From positions 126,790,001 to 126,854,000 of the forward strand of contig OX597815.1 in assembly GCA_951406725.2 (NCBI GenBank): 64,000 bases of DNA, in the 5' to 3' direction. Below, piece by piece: positions 1-13,869 of this stretch. Source of the DNA: Octopus vulgaris. Its lineage: Eukaryota. Within the stretch, counting starts at the first letter, position 1, and every line of letters begins with the position of its first letter. A program made the position numbers and the translations under genes. The notes below the pieces were generated by a model. That model was not told the origin of the DNA. It did no database searches and saw only the letters and a list, made by a program, of their open reading frames with translations.

Positions 1-91
1 TGACAAACCGCTACATTACAGGGATGTATACACACCAGCATTGGTTGTCAAGCAATTTTGGGGGGGGGGTAGGTCAAACACACACACACAC

Positions 92-137
<46 letters not shown>

Positions 138-948
138 CACATTCGCCAATTCACCAGTGTAAGACGACTTGGCAACATCTTGGTGTTTTGATCTTGTCAC
201 ATGTCTCATCACTCAAATCTAGCCTACTGAGCAAATGAATCTGACAAGAGCACAAGCACAGGATGTTCTCAGTTAATGAAAGTCAGCAATGATCATATAT
301 TCACATTTGAATCTGCCAGAACATATTAAGAATGAAAAGACATACTAATGTTATTTAATTAATCTTTTTGTGAACTAATGAAGAATGGATAACAGAACCA
401 AACTAACCAAACATAATCTTCTGAATACAATTATTCCATTATTAACACAGTAATTAAGAAATATATGACAAATCATTAAATCCAAAGTAGTAGAAAGGAA
501 AAATACATGTTATTTTTAGCACAAAATTGGCCTGTTTCAAAATTTCTTCTCAATTTTGGGTTTTTTAAAAATTATAAACAAAAGAATATTGTCCCCCACT
601 CCCACCAGATCAGGTGAAATTTATTCCATTTAGAGAACCCCTATTCTATATAACATGAATGTTATGAACAAAAAAAAGAAAGGATGATGATCACAATTAT
701 AATACTGTATGTGTAGTGGCTGGCTGACTCAGTCAATAACATATCAAATTACCAGCATGTATGCCAATAGTTCAATTCTGAGATGATTTAGTGTGTTTCT
801 CAGCAAAATAGTGTTTAGAAGGTTACCTAAAATAATCTGAGATTGTTACCTGTGATCGACCAATGTCCTTTCCATATGGAGAACATAAATCTCAGCCATT
901 AACATGAAGAAACCAGAAAAAAGCACTGTTTAATTACAATCTCTTTAA

Positions 949-1163
949 CCCTTTCATTATTGTATATATTTTGAGATGCTCTGTTTGTTTCAATTACTTT
1001 AAATATAAAGAATTTAGCAAAATAACTTAGTGATCATTCAGCTAGTGTTAGGAACATAAATTGTGACTAAGGTTTGGTGGAAGATTTTAATTCAAAACTT
1101 ATGAAAACAAGACATTTGTACTCAGAGCCAGAGCTGGTTTCAGCCAGGTCAGTATCGAAAGGG
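949..1163. mobile_element. piggyBac-type MITE (non-autonomous)
   Basis: TTAA at 945-948 and 1164-1167 flank terminal inverted repeats CCCTTTC...GAAAGGG; 215 bp, no ORF. TTAA TSD with CCC/GGG termini is the piggyBac signature. Confidence 0.8.
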
Positions 1164-1281
1164 TTAATCTTGAGAATCATTTGCATTTATAAACTTTATA
1201 AGTTATGCATATACAACAAAATACATACACACATATAAATATGTAAGCCCTTATGCATATATGTGTGTATACACATATATA

Positions 1282-1669
1282 CTCTTTTACTTGTTTCAGT
1301 CATTTGACTGTGGCCATGCTGGAGCACCGCCTTTAGACGAGCAAATGACCCCAGGACTTATTCTTTGTAAGCCTAGTACTTATTCTATCGGTTGCTTTTG
1401 CCGAAACACTAAGTTATGGGGACGTACACACACCAGCATCGGTTGTCAAGTGATGTTGGGGGTCAAACACAGACACACAAACATATACACACACATACAT
1501 ATAAACGACGGGCTTCTTTCAGTTTCTGTCTACCAAATCCACTCAGAAGGCTTTGGTTGGCCCAAGGCTATAGTAGAAGACACTTACCCAAAGTGCCATG
1601 CAATGGGACTGAACCTGGAACCACATGGCTGGTAAACAAGTTGCTTACCACACAGCCACTCCTGTGCCT
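1282..1669 (-). mobile_element. tRNA-derived SINE, family A (central CA/TA microsatellite)
   Basis: Reverse complement begins GGCACAGGAGTGGCTGTGTGGTAAG (A-box-like) and has a GGTTCAGTCCC B-box-like motif. The same sequence recurs at about 28303, 29840, 43697, 44370 and elsewhere. Confidence 0.8.
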
Positions 1670-1674
1670 ATATG

Positions 1675-1828
1675 TATGTCATTATTCAGTTTCATTTCAA
1701 GATTTTTTGCCAATAGAGAAAGCGCTGGTTTCTAACAAAATCCAAGTCACCCTCATTGGAATTTCAACAACATCTTTCTGTATGTACGTATGTATGTATT
1801 TCTGTATTTCTGTATGTATGTATGTATG

Positions 1829-1861
<33 letters not shown>

Positions 1862-2330
1862 GTGCATATTTGTATGTTTTGCTTTGTATATGTATTCTCA
1901 TGCATATAGTTGCATATCTAGACATGCTCATATGTATTTAAATGATAAACTTCTGGAAAGTTTTATAGATTTTTACAGTCTCAGTGATGGATTGGATCTG
2001 TAGACTTGGAATCAGCTTTCTCCTTTCTGGTTTTAAGAGGCCTAATTTCTCAAGATTGTTATTTAGGAAGTGAGTGACATATCTCAGTACTCCAATAATT
2101 ACAGGAATAAACCTGAATGTGTAATCTAGATAGAGTAACTGCAAATTTCTCAATAGTTCAGTCTAGATATTTTCTTTTTCACTGATCTTTAGCTTTATGT
2201 TAACATCCATTGGTTAATTGGTTTCCACAAATGTACCCAGTTTCTCCTTTCTATCTCAAATCATTATGTCAAGTCTATTATGTTTACATTTTAATGAGGT
2301 TTTCACTGGGACATTCCACTAGTACTCCTT
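1675..2330 (-). mobile_element. 3' fragment of an RLE-type (R4/Dong-like) LINE with 3' UTR
   Basis: ORF 1938..2153 ends FIPVIIGVL...LEKLGL...LQIQSITETVKIYKTF, resembling the C-terminus of restriction-like endonuclease LINEs. Its 3' UTR is repeated at 53250..54000. Confidence 0.6.
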
Positions 2331-2447
2331 TTTAATATGAGTGGCTATGGCTTTCACCAAACTGTGAATTCTTATTTCTTTGTCATCGGGGTTATTCTTC
2401 CATTGGATCTCATTATACAGTGTCCTATATATGTATGTATGTATTTA

Positions 2448-2515
<68 letters not shown>

Positions 2516-2859
2516 TACACACACACATACACACAGAGAGAAAATAGTTACTAAGTCATACAAGCAGTAATATATAAGAAATAAAGTTAAAAATGCACAG
2601 AGAGTATATAGGAAAATTTATTTATATAAATACATTTAACCAGTTTCCCATTTCTATGATTTTCAAAAGTGTAAGTTTTGAGGACTGCAATATTAGCTCA
2701 CACTCAGTTGAGGGGACATGTCTGCTATTGGTGTTGGGGAGGGCATCCAACTGTAGAAACCACGCTAAAGTAGACAGTGGAGCTTGATGTACTAGTCCCC
2801 TGCCTTGCTTGCTCCAGTCAAATAGTCCAACTCATGCTAACTTGGAAAATGGACAGAAA

Positions 2860-2898
<39 letters not shown>

Positions 2899-3235
2899 GT
2901 TATAAAAATGGGTTTGATAAAGATATTTTATTAGTGCTTGAACTGTAAACTTAAATTATTGACTAAGTCAGAATTTGGTGGGGTGGTAAATTTATTATCA
3001 AGAAGTTGCCGGGGGTAACAGGAGCACAAAATATTAGGAAACCCTGATATAGCATGCATGTTTATATATGTTGCATGTGTGTGTGTTAGTGTGTGTGTAG
3101 TGGTGGTAGTGGTGGGGTTAACTTTGTCCATATGATACAAAATGTGATGCCATCCCACCACCTGTTCTGAAATGCAATGATTCATTTGAGTTCTAGCAGA
3201 GATTTTGGCTTCAAACTGTGAATATTGAAATATTC

Positions 3236-3291
3236 TGCTAAGTCAAGTGCATTTATCTCCGAGCTAGGAGATAAATGCACTTGACTCAGCA
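3236..3291. repeat. Near-perfect hairpin (20-bp perfect stem, 6-nt loop)
   Basis: AGTCAAGTGCATTTATCTCC (3241-3260) / GGAGATAAATGCACTTGACT (3267-3286), extended by 4 more pairs after one mismatch. Confidence 0.9.
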
Positions 3292-4784
3292 AGATAGGAT
3301 CTGAGCTCAGCAGAGCAAATTAATGAAACATTTATTAATTCATTTTTATACTTCATTTTCCTTTGGTAAATTGCTGAGTCATTAAAGCATCAAACAAAAT
3401 AATTAGTGATATTTATTCTGATGACTTGCATTCTGAGTTCAGATTCCTTAAATTTCAGTTTTACTTTTCATCCTTCAAGGGTCACTAAATAAAATACTAG
3501 TCTAGGGCAGTGGAGTGATGGAAATGTCGGACGACTGGACAAAATGTCTTATAGTATTTGTCCTGTTTTTTTTTTTCATTCTGAATTCAAATCCTATCAT
3601 AGCATACCTCAGCGATAGACTTAATATGTCTCCCAGTTTAACATTGCCATCTAATTCTTGGGTATCTTTAGTGGAATACACTTTGTTGCAAGCATTTAAG
3701 TCAGGTATCTGGCTTGAGGATGTTTTCTAACTTACACCACAACTTTTTCCCAGATTTTTTAAAGGGTCATGGACACTTCCTGTTCCTATTGGATAAGAAA
3801 TGGAAAAGAAAAAATACTATGGAAACATTTACTTAACTGTTTTAATTATGTAACTAAGTAGACAAAGCCAGCAATAGAAGAGATCATAGGAAAATTAGAT
3901 TAGTATAATTCCTATAAGAAGTGAAGAATCTAACCTTTTCAGACTAACCTCTTCATCAGTGAATGAGGAAATGGAAGGATGTGATTGTAGACAAGTAAAG
4001 GAGGGAAAGATTGATGTAGATGAGAATCAAAGATGTACCGCTCTCTGGCAACAAACAATAGGAAAGGGAAACAGATACCGCTCGAGGTCAAAATAAGTTA
4101 GATGCTTATGTTTATGGGCACAATTGCAATTTAATGTTTTATGGGCACAATTGCAATATAATATAAGTGGAAAGTTTTGGAATGTAGTTTGATATTTTAT
4201 TAGTTTTTCCCAGCTGTGACACATGGAAAACTATATGCTGACAAACAATATAATATGAAAATTTTATGATGTGAAATCGTTCACAAGGAAATATAAGCAG
4301 TATTAAATCACAATGTCACATACTGAGATCCAGAAAACAATAATCTAAACTGCTTTCCTTAAGTCATTTCTATTGTTAGGAAAATAAGAAAGCAATATAC
4401 TTTTGATTAGTTATTGTATTTCCAACGACAGGCATGCATTTTAGTGAATCATAATCTATATGAACACACAAACTAGGCAGGTAATTGTGTATGTATATAT
4501 TGATTTGAATTTATTCTTAAACCCAATCACCATCTTTCTAAATGTGTGTCTATATAAGTATGATGAAGCACTGTATGTGAGAGTGCATGCATATGTGTGT
4601 ATGTGTGTATATGTATGTATCTGTATGTGTGTATATGTATGTGTCTGTATGTGTGTATATGTATGCATATATATGTATTTATATATACATACACACACAA
4701 ACACACACACACACATGCACACACACGTACACACACACACACACACATACATATATACATTTATGTATGTATGTGTGTGTGTGA

Positions 4785-5105
4785 AGGCATGTAGCTTATT
4801 GGTTAGAATATTTAGCTCATGAGTTTGTAGGTTTGAAAACCAGCATTGAATTGTGTCTTTGAGCAATACACTCTATTTCACATTGCTTCAGTCCACTCAG
4901 CTGGCAAAAATTAGCACTACCTGTAATTCAAAGGGCCAGCTTCTTTGATATACTCTGTGTCATGCTGAATTTCCCTGAGAACAAAGTTAAGGGTACATGT
5001 GTCTGTGGAGTGCTTAGCCACTTCCACGTTAATGTCATAAGTAGGCTGTTCCATTGATCGGATCAAATGAAACCTTTATCATTGTAACCAATGGAATGCC
5101 AGTTT
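4785..5105 (+). mobile_element. tRNA-derived SINE, family C
   Basis: Decayed tRNA-like head and core AAGGGTACATGTGTCTGTGGAGTGCTTAGCCACTT...GGCTGTTCCATTGATCGGATCAA; an inverted homolog lies at 23070..23390. Confidence 0.65.
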
Positions 5106-5128
5106 ATATATATATGCGTGTGTATATA

Positions 5129-5176
<48 letters not shown>

Positions 5177-5266
5177 TATACATGCGTAAGTCATCTAAAA
5201 GTCTATAAGTCAGAAAAAAGATACACTGTCAATAAAGTGGGTATATTATCCAAAGTGAACAGTATT

Positions 5267-5317
<51 letters not shown>

Positions 5318-5469
5318 ACACACACACACACACACACACATATATTTATGAGAATATATTTTTCTTAATTATAATATTGTAATAATTAAGTTTTAGTTAT
5401 CTTTGGGTCAAAAATGTTTAGCCCATTGGTTGGCTTTGAACCAGTGAAGTCAATATATACATAGTCACC

Positions 5470-5680
5470 AAGGTGGTGAGCTGGCAGAAACATTAGCATG
5501 CTGGGTGAAATGTTTAGCAGTATTTATGTTCTGAGTTCAAATGCTGCCAAGGTTGGCTTTGCCGTTCATCCTTTCAGGGTCGATAAATTAAATACCAGTT
5601 GCATACTGGGGTCAATCTAATCGGCTGCCCCCCCACCAAAAAAAAAAAAAATTCAGGCCTTGTGCCTGGAGTAGAAAAGT
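5470..5680 (+). mobile_element. SINE, family B
   Basis: GGTGGTGAGCTGGCAGAAACATTAGC...GAGTTCAAAT...CATCCTTTCAGGGTCGATAAATTAA; homologs at 34210..34440 and 59560..59775 (-). Confidence 0.75.
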
Positions 5681-6330
5681 ATATATATAGTCACCAATTA
5701 TTCCCAAAGAAAAAAAGTTGCCCCTTCTTTGCTTCACTTTGCTCAGATTAAATTACTACTTTGGGCAAAAAGATTCTTGCATTTGAGGGAGAGACAATGA
5801 TGTGGTGCACCCTTGCCAAATTATTTTGTAAGTTCCTTAGAGTATAAAAGACAGTGGCTGAAAGGTGAGAGACAACTTTGGATGATATGACTTTCAAGAC
5901 CATTCATCAACCCTCATCTTCAGCATTGAAATCTCTGTTATCAAGAACCTACATCTTCAATCAATATTTCTTAGACTCATGACTCTGGTGACTATTCTAC
6001 TTTGTCCACTATTTGACTCCTGACCCAATTATTTTGTACCAACTCTGTACTGACACTATTGTAAACTTTATCATATTTTTCAATACATAACTTATTTGTG
6101 TAGACCTGTTTGTTTTATTTACTGGTTTTGTTTGGGGACTGTATCCTTGTCGTGCAGTAATCGTAACAATATATATATATATATGTATATACGTACACAT
6201 ACATACATATATATACATATATATATATACATACATATATACATATATTATTTATTTATGTATACATATATATATATGTATATACATACATACATACATA
6301 CATACATACATACATACATACATACATACA

Positions 6331-6363
<33 letters not shown>

Positions 6364-6545
6364 GTGTGTGTATATATATATATAATATTAGGGAGTAAAT
6401 CCAATAAAATTTAATTTTATTTCTATGTATTGGTTTATGATTTTCACTGTTTGATTTGCCTAATAGTGTTTTTATCTCTAATTTAATATATATATATATA
6501 TGACCTGGGCCAATACTGGCCAAAACCTTTCTAAGTTATTCTAAG

Positions 6546-6604
<59 letters not shown>

Positions 6605-7046
6605 ATACAGATAGATAGTTACGGTATATTCTGTTAAGAACATAGAGTGCAGTATAAAGCTTGTCCACCTTCAGATTTCATCCTGTGCTATCTAGTAGTA
6701 GTATTATACATACTTTCCAGTTTGCATTTGGACATCTGAAAAAATTTGGTGTCAACAAGGAGAACAGTTGGACATTTATTTCTTAATCACTACAATTGTT
6801 TCCATGCAACATAGTTCTCCAGACATGCAGATACTTGATTATGTAACTGTTTCCCTGCATTATGAGATCTAGTTGTGTTTCCTCAGGTGATATGTAAATA
6901 TTGCCTCCATAAGTTGACATTCTCAGTTTTAAGAACATCCTCCTTGTCTGTCGTGGCCTGAATTTAGTATTAGTCATTACATGCATATGTATGTACACAT
7001 ATACATACATATGCACATAGATATATTCATATATATATATATACAA

Positions 7047-7318
7047 AATCACCAACCGATCGTGGCCATTGCCAGCCTCTTCTGGTCCATGTGCCAGTTG
7101 CATGTAAAAAGCATCCACTACACTCATGGAGTGGTTGGTGTTAGGAAGGGCATCCAACTGTAGAAACACTGCCAGATCAGACTGGAGCCTGGTGCAGCCT
7201 CCTGGCTTCCCAGACCCTGCTTGAACTGTCCAACCTATGCTAGCATGCAAAACGGACGTTAAATGATGATGATAATGATGATGATGATGATGACGACGAC
7301 GACGACGATGATGATGAT
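7047..7318 (+). mobile_element. RTE-type 3' end or RTE-dependent SINE with (GAT)n tail
   Basis: GGAGTGGTTGGTGTTAGGAAGGGCATCCAACTGTAGAAAC...GGACGTTAAATGATGAT matches the 3' UTR of the RTE LINE at 17540..18050. Other copies at about 2720, 22790, 24500, 26400, 45650, 48840 and 49470. Confidence 0.75.
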
Positions 7319-7329
7319 ATATAGAAATA

Positions 7330-8597
7330 TTAGGTCATGTGTTTTTTTTATACTTTTATTTTTCAAAATTAAAATAAATGAAGTTCTTTTTTAATCTAAA
7401 ATATATATTCTCTTTCATTTTCTACAAGGCTCTTTCATATATCTGGTAAACTTGCAAGGCCCCTCTTATAAAATTCACTTGTCTATGATGAAAAATACTC
7501 CTCCAGTACTGCTTTGACCTCAACTACAGAATTCATATTTTTTCCATCCAAATAATTTTGAAGACTGCGGAATAAATGATAATCAGATGGGGTAATGTCT
7601 GGCGAATTTGATAGGTGGGGCATCGTTTCCCATTCTAACTGCTCCAGTCTTTGGAATGTCATCCTCATTGTATATGGCCAAGTATTATCCTAATAGAAGA
7701 ACACTTCTCGTCTTAAAACCAAAGATCATCATTTTCCTTCTAGCATTAACTAATAACACTCAAGCTGCTTGCAGTAGATCTATTTTGTTATCATTTGATT
7801 TGGGTTTAAAAGTTCAAAGTGGACTAAACCTTTTATATCCTACCAAAGAGATAACAACAACTTACGTGGGTGAAGACCTTCTTTAGCCTGGGGTGTCAAT
7901 GTTTCTCCTTTCCATATCCACTGTCTTTGGCACTTGACATTTTTATAGAGAACCCATTTCTCATCACCAGTCACTGTTCGGTCCAAAAAAGATTCATTTG
8001 TGAGATGTGACAGCAAAGAAGAGCACACATTCACTCTCTTTGCATGATTAGACTCAGAGAAAGTTTGTGAGGAACCCATTGACTCTATTTGCCAACTTTT
8101 TCAAAGGCATGCAGGTGTCGATGAATGTTTGAATGACCAAATCCAAGCTTCTCTGCTAATTCCTCAAAAGTTATGATGAGATTTTGTTTCACCAGGGTTT
8201 GCAGGATGTCCTCGTCAAGCTCTACAGATCTTCCAGGATGAGGCTCATCTTCTAGGCTGTAGTTTCTGGCTGGGAATTTCTGAAACCACCATTGACATTG
8301 GCTTATGTTTATTGTCCAATTCCCATATACTGCATTAATATTCCTCACACTTTCCATTGCTTTATTGCCTTTATTGAACTCATAAAGAAAAATGTGCTGA
8401 ATATACTCCTTTGTCATTTCCATCATAGCTTTGAAAAAATAACTGTTAAAATTGAACTGTACTCTTCAAAACTTGCACTAAGAATAAGCAGAAGTTAAAA
8501 TTACTACCTGCTTTTATAGCAAGTTGATGCATGTAGTTTATCCTGTAGTTTTAGTTCATGCAATTGAAAAAAACACATTATTTCTGGGATGACCCAA
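7330..8597 (-). mobile_element. mariner (D,D34D-type) transposon, decayed, near full length
   Basis: ORF pieces 8085..8426 (HTH, LEDEPHPGRS), 7840..8079 (VTGDEKWVLY, GLHPRKLLL) and 7483..7668 (PHLSNSPDITPSDYHLF). Degenerate TIRs TTAGGTCA..TGTGTTTTTT / AAAAAACACATTATTTCTGGGATGACCCAA. Confidence 0.9.
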
Positions 8598-10413
8598 CAC
8601 ACACATACATATCATAATCATCACATGTGCATGTGTGTGTTTGTGTGCATGCGTGTGTATGTGTGCATGCATGTGTAAATGATACATATCTGATTTTACT
8701 AATCAAAGAAGAGAACTCATACTTGTTTTTATATTAGCAACAGCAAGATGAAGCAAAATAGATAAATACATAAATAAATAAAATATAAACTAAACATATA
8801 ACATGTTATCGGTTTGCATAATTCCTATAGAGCCAAATTATAACAGCATAACACAGAAGAATTATCCGTTGATAAATCAAAATCATTTGAAAATTTAAAC
8901 CTAACGAGAAAGTCACAGGAAGATTGTGATGAAAATTTCTGAGGAAAAGATAAGTAAAAACAAGAAACTACAACTAGTGAGTGCTTTATAAGCTTTAATA
9001 ATATGACTTCCAAAATATAATATTGGTTTTAACATAGGGTTTTTAATAAATATTCTTTCAAGGTAAATTAAAAACCAACACACACATACATGTACATACG
9101 CATGCTTGTATGTGTGTATACATATGTGTGTGTATATTTGTGGTGGCAGGGGTAATAAAAGGAATGAAGACCATTATATTAAATTTTTTGAGATTGATTC
9201 AATAATTAATGGATTTCTTTTTTCTATTAAACAGCATGATGGGTTATGCATACAAATTATATAATTCCGTATGATATTAGATAGAAGTTCCACTAATCAT
9301 TTATTCAGGCTGATTTATGAAAGTAACATTGAACTATACACATGTATGCATGTATGTTTTTTCTATTTTTTAATTATTTTGAATCTTCCACTGAGGAGGA
9401 AGTCAGTTTCCAACAAAGATACAAAGTTCCATTTTTGGGATGTAGTAACACAGACACTGAAAATCCCGGTTTATCAAGATTCTCCTTTAAGCATTTACAG
9501 ACTAAACCTAGTGCTCCAATTATTATTGGTATGAATATGAATTCATAGTCTGGATATAGAAGGTGGAGGTTTTGAAGCAGTTGTCCTTAGATATCCTCTT
9601 TTTCTTTGATTTTCAGAGATATTTAATCTGCAGGGCAGCTGATCTCTCTATATATATATGTATGTATGTATGTGTGAGTATACATGCATGTATGCATGTA
9701 TATATGTGTGTATGCATATATATATATATATATATGTATGATACATTAAGAAAGGGTTGAACATGCAATATCTAGTTTGTCTCGGTAACATTACTTTAAA
9801 TCCCTAGCGTCCCTTGTTCGTATGTAAGTATTTTGTGAATGAACAATAATGTACACATGCCTAAGTTTGTGTATGTTTATACAATTATGTGTTTGAGTCT
9901 ATCGATGTTTTGGGATGTGTATGCTCTTGTATATGTATATGATCTTTTGTGTATGTGTATAATTATGTGATCATAAATGTATATTTCTATAAGTATGTTT
10001 CTATGTCATTGCTGTGAGAATATGTATGAGTATATGTGTAGATATATATGCATATGTGTGTAAGTATATTTCTGCCTATATATGTATGTATTCGAATATA
10101 TATGTATGTGTGTTTCTGTGTGTGTATATATTTATATATGTTTATGTATATGTATATATTTACATGTCACATATTTGAGTGTAGGTATGCATGTGTGCAT
10201 ATGAATATAAATACGTTCCATTTTATAAGACTTTTCTATTTATCTTAACATGACTGTTTGATGAGTTTGTTATTTATATCATTCCTGAAGAGATTGATGC
10301 ATTGCTGACCATAATTTGTCCTTTTGGACTGTATCCGTTGAAACATGTCTAGCAGACTTCAAGATACAAATAGTTTAACAACATTCCAAGTGTTTGTCTC
10401 CTCGTTCAGTTTT

Positions 10414-10455
<42 letters not shown>

Positions 10456-10777
10456 CATATATTTGGCTGAATGAAACAAGTTTTGTTTTTCAACATAGGC
10501 GGTATATATTTTATTATATATATAAATATGATACAAAAATATCCTCTTAGATAAAAAAAAAATTTTCACATAGTTTTAGCATTAAAAATCTGGACACTGC
10601 TACATGAAAAAGCACAAGAAAAAAGACAAGAACAAATGAGGAAAATTTTCATGTAAAAAGTCAAAGGGTTAATAAAAACGCCTAAAAAGAGGAAAAGAAA
10701 GAAAAAGATTGTAGAAGCAATAAACTAGTTGTAGGATAATTCAATTGAGTGGGATCAAAAGTCTGTGAGGCAGCTGG

Positions 10778-11135
10778 TCAATCTAGAGAGGATGGTGTAC
10801 TCCAGTTTGCCAAAAGAAATTTGTCCATATACTTGCATTTTCTGAAAATGTTGGATCTGGAACAGAGTAGTGCAGTAGAAGTTTTAGATCTAAAGAGAAT
10901 GTGCAATCTTTCAGCTCTGCATAAGTTGCATTTCTTTGATCCATTTACATATGGCATGAATTTCTCTTCAAGTCTCCATTTGATTGTAAGTGGTGTGCAA
11001 CTTGTCTTCAAATACTGTACATGGCTAGCCAACTTAGTGGCTTTATTTTTGTCAATGTGCCACAGAAAAGACTGGTGATTTGCATAACATCTTTTAAAAT
11101 TGCCTTTGCAAAAACTGATGTAGTTTTTCTTTTCA
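10778..11135 (-). pseudogene. Penelope-like element GIY-YIG endonuclease C-terminal fragment
   Basis: YIS(YIG)...FKRCYANHQSF...ATKLASHV...IKWRL...KKCNLCRAERLHIL...LCSRSNIFRKCKY; the same architecture occurs at 35694..36110. Confidence 0.7.
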
Positions 11136-11527
11136 GCTACATTATCTTGAAGCATTGTTGTGACTTCTGCCTCATAGACACTGGCATTTATCATACACTC
11201 ATGCACACAGACACACACTCACACACCACTGCTTTTATTTTCCTTTTATCTGTTCCATTCACAAGGCTTTGGTCAACCAAAAGCTACAACTCACTTGCCT
11301 ATGGTGTCATACAGTGGGACTGAACCTAGAACAATATGGCTGGGAAGCAAACTTCTCACCACACATCTATGACTGCACCTATCTATGCCTGTGCTTATCC
11401 TCACACCTGCACCTATAGATAATTTTTATAAATATATATGTGCAAAAATTTAGCACATTTTCATCCCTCCTTTTTTATTTTATTTACTACATATACATAA
11501 TTACATTTGTACATACATACACATATG

Positions 11528-11560
<33 letters not shown>

Positions 11561-11679
11561 TTTTTGATCTGATTCTATATTGAAACAAATATTGTTGTAC
11601 TCCAAGAGGGTCATACTGTCAATAAATACACATTGCTTGTAATTTATTTCAGTTTTAGTTACATTGTGAATTAAGTTCT

Positions 11680-13340
11680 AGATAAGGACGAAACTGTTGG
11701 TGGAGTAAGCATATTGTTGGCAGAGAAGTGTATAGATTGAAGAGTAATTAAAGTAGTCAGAGTGTATGACAGAATACTTATGCTTAGATTTATAGGCAAC
11801 AGTAATCATTATACATGTACTACAGTCAGAACTAACCAATGAGCAAACAGAATATTTCCATTGGGTATTCTTGCAAACAACCTTGTTAGTGGTGAAGAAT
11901 GGTCACATTATCACAGCTGGTAAGTTTAACAGGCATGTTGGAGAACACCATAATAACTCATATGATGTATGTAAAATTTATAGTTATGATACATGGAATG
12001 AAGAGGAGACCAAGAACTGGGGTTCTGTGATGCAAATAATTAGATTAATTGCGTTACTAACTCATAAAACCAGCTCACCACCTAATTTCCTAAAACTTCA
12101 TTAAATATGTAAGCCAAATAGACTCACACTCACCAAGTAGGAGGATAAATGGTTACTTCTGAATGCATCCCTGATAAAGAATGTATCACTCAATATTGAC
12201 ATCAGGAATATGAGATAAATAAACTCAAATGACATGAGATAATCTAGAGAAGAAAGGAATGGAAGGTGTCCATACATTGGTTCAAAGAAGTAATAGATGA
12301 TGTGCATTACAAGACAGAAAAATATATAGACTACTAATGGTAGTAAACACTGGAAGCTTCTACATGCTCTCCTGCTTAGAGCCACTTAGACTATTTATGG
12401 TGGAAGCAAGCTTCCATAACATTGAAGTATAGAATTTAAAAGATTGTAAGAAAGAGGGAGGCGGTGCAGATATCATGTTGCTAGAAGAGAAGTTAGACAT
12501 CAGGTAAGCTTTGCAAAGAGAAAAGCTGAATGTAAGAAATTTTTAATTGTTTTTGATGTTTTGATCAAAACCATCAGTTATGTTTGCAAATCTGTGCGTG
12601 AATGAGAATCAGGTTTGCATTGGTAAAATGTTTGTACTTTGGTCTTCGTTGACACTGAAACAAAAGTCAACAAAACCCTACTGTGAAGGGAAACTGAATG
12701 AGGAGGATGTGTCTGAGTGTGTGCATGAGAGAGAGAGAGAATGAGAGGGAGAGAGAGAGACAGAGGGAGAGAGAGAGAGAAGATGAAATATTTGAAGGAC
12801 ACCCAAGAGGAGGATCAGTTATTGAAGTTGACATCTATATGTTCAGAAAGTCCATTAAGCATGTGAACTCAATGAAAGCTGCTGAAAATCAGAGATGGTT
12901 GATGAGCAATAGAAAATATTTGACAAAGTAGGACCTGCCATACTAGTTACGCACATAGCCAATTAGTTAGTAGGGACCAACCATAATGACTGGCATAGCA
13001 GTATCCTCATAGTCAACTTTTTCGAAGGCCAAAAAAGATGCCCCAGAAATAAACAACTACATAGACATTAACTTACTTAAGCATTTCTCTCTATGGAGCA
13101 TAGACATTGGTGAAAAAGTAGTTCAAATTAGCCTGGCTTTTATCCTTTGACCTATTCAGTATGAGAGACCCCACCAAAAGCTTGTGCTTAGCTGACATAG
13201 CTGTCAGGGTCACTGAGGCACACAAGTCACCACATTGGAACAATGACTGGACCTTGTTGTGGACAGAAGCAATTAGCAGATGGTAATAGCATGGCTAATT
13301 AGGAAAAGAATTAGATTAGATGAGATGCAATTTGGGTTTT
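11680..13340 (+). pseudogene. Highly decayed RTE LINE ORF pieces (APE endonuclease to RT N-terminus)
   Basis: GVSILLAEKCID..VIKVVRVYDRILMLRF near 11700, ARREVRHQVSFAKRKAE near 12480, and LIRKRIRLDEMQFGF near 13300, which matches the RTE at 47500. Confidence 0.55.
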
Positions 13341-13869
13341 GCTAGGAATCAGTGCTACCAATGTCCTCTTCTTAGTGGTTTTCTTCCTTTCATTTGACAT
13401 CCATTGCACTTCTTTACCCTTGCCTTTCTTACTTATCTACTGTTCACCATACATTACACATTACATTCTTTCACCCATACTCAATTCTCAGTTCTCAATC
13501 ACTCCCTCCTGTTCTCAATCCTCTGCATACTATGCTCTGTTGTAACTGAGGATGGCAATGGGTGTCTTTTGTTCACCATACATTGCTTCCAATCAACTGT
13601 GTCTATTATGACCCTCTCCCCATGACTCATTTAACGCAGCTCTTTGATACAGGACTCATCTATTTTCCATTTGCCATGTCAAAACTCTCATTACTCAACT
13701 CCACCAGTCCCTCACATCACCTTCATGTAGGTGGCTACATTGGATCACTTGTGTCCAGTATATTCTACCCTCACCCTCCCAGCACTGGATTAACCATTAA
13801 GCAAAATAAGCACATGCTTAGGGCATCAAGGGAAGTGGGGGTCACCACAGAAATGGTAAATGGTTTATA

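Noticed and set aside
1261-2003. 124-aa and 195-aa ORFs
   Set aside because: They run through a SINE, a LINE 3' UTR and (TATG)n repeats; no protein-like features.
4456-4866. Overlapping ORFs rich in Y/I/H/T/V/C/M (also at about 6100, 10050, 18400, 32250, 33100, 35000, 60500 and 61800)
   Set aside because: Translations of (TA)n/(CA)n/(TATG)n microsatellites.
8825-9500. Possible additional PLE linker remnant
   Set aside because: Only compositional resemblance; no diagnostic motif recovered.
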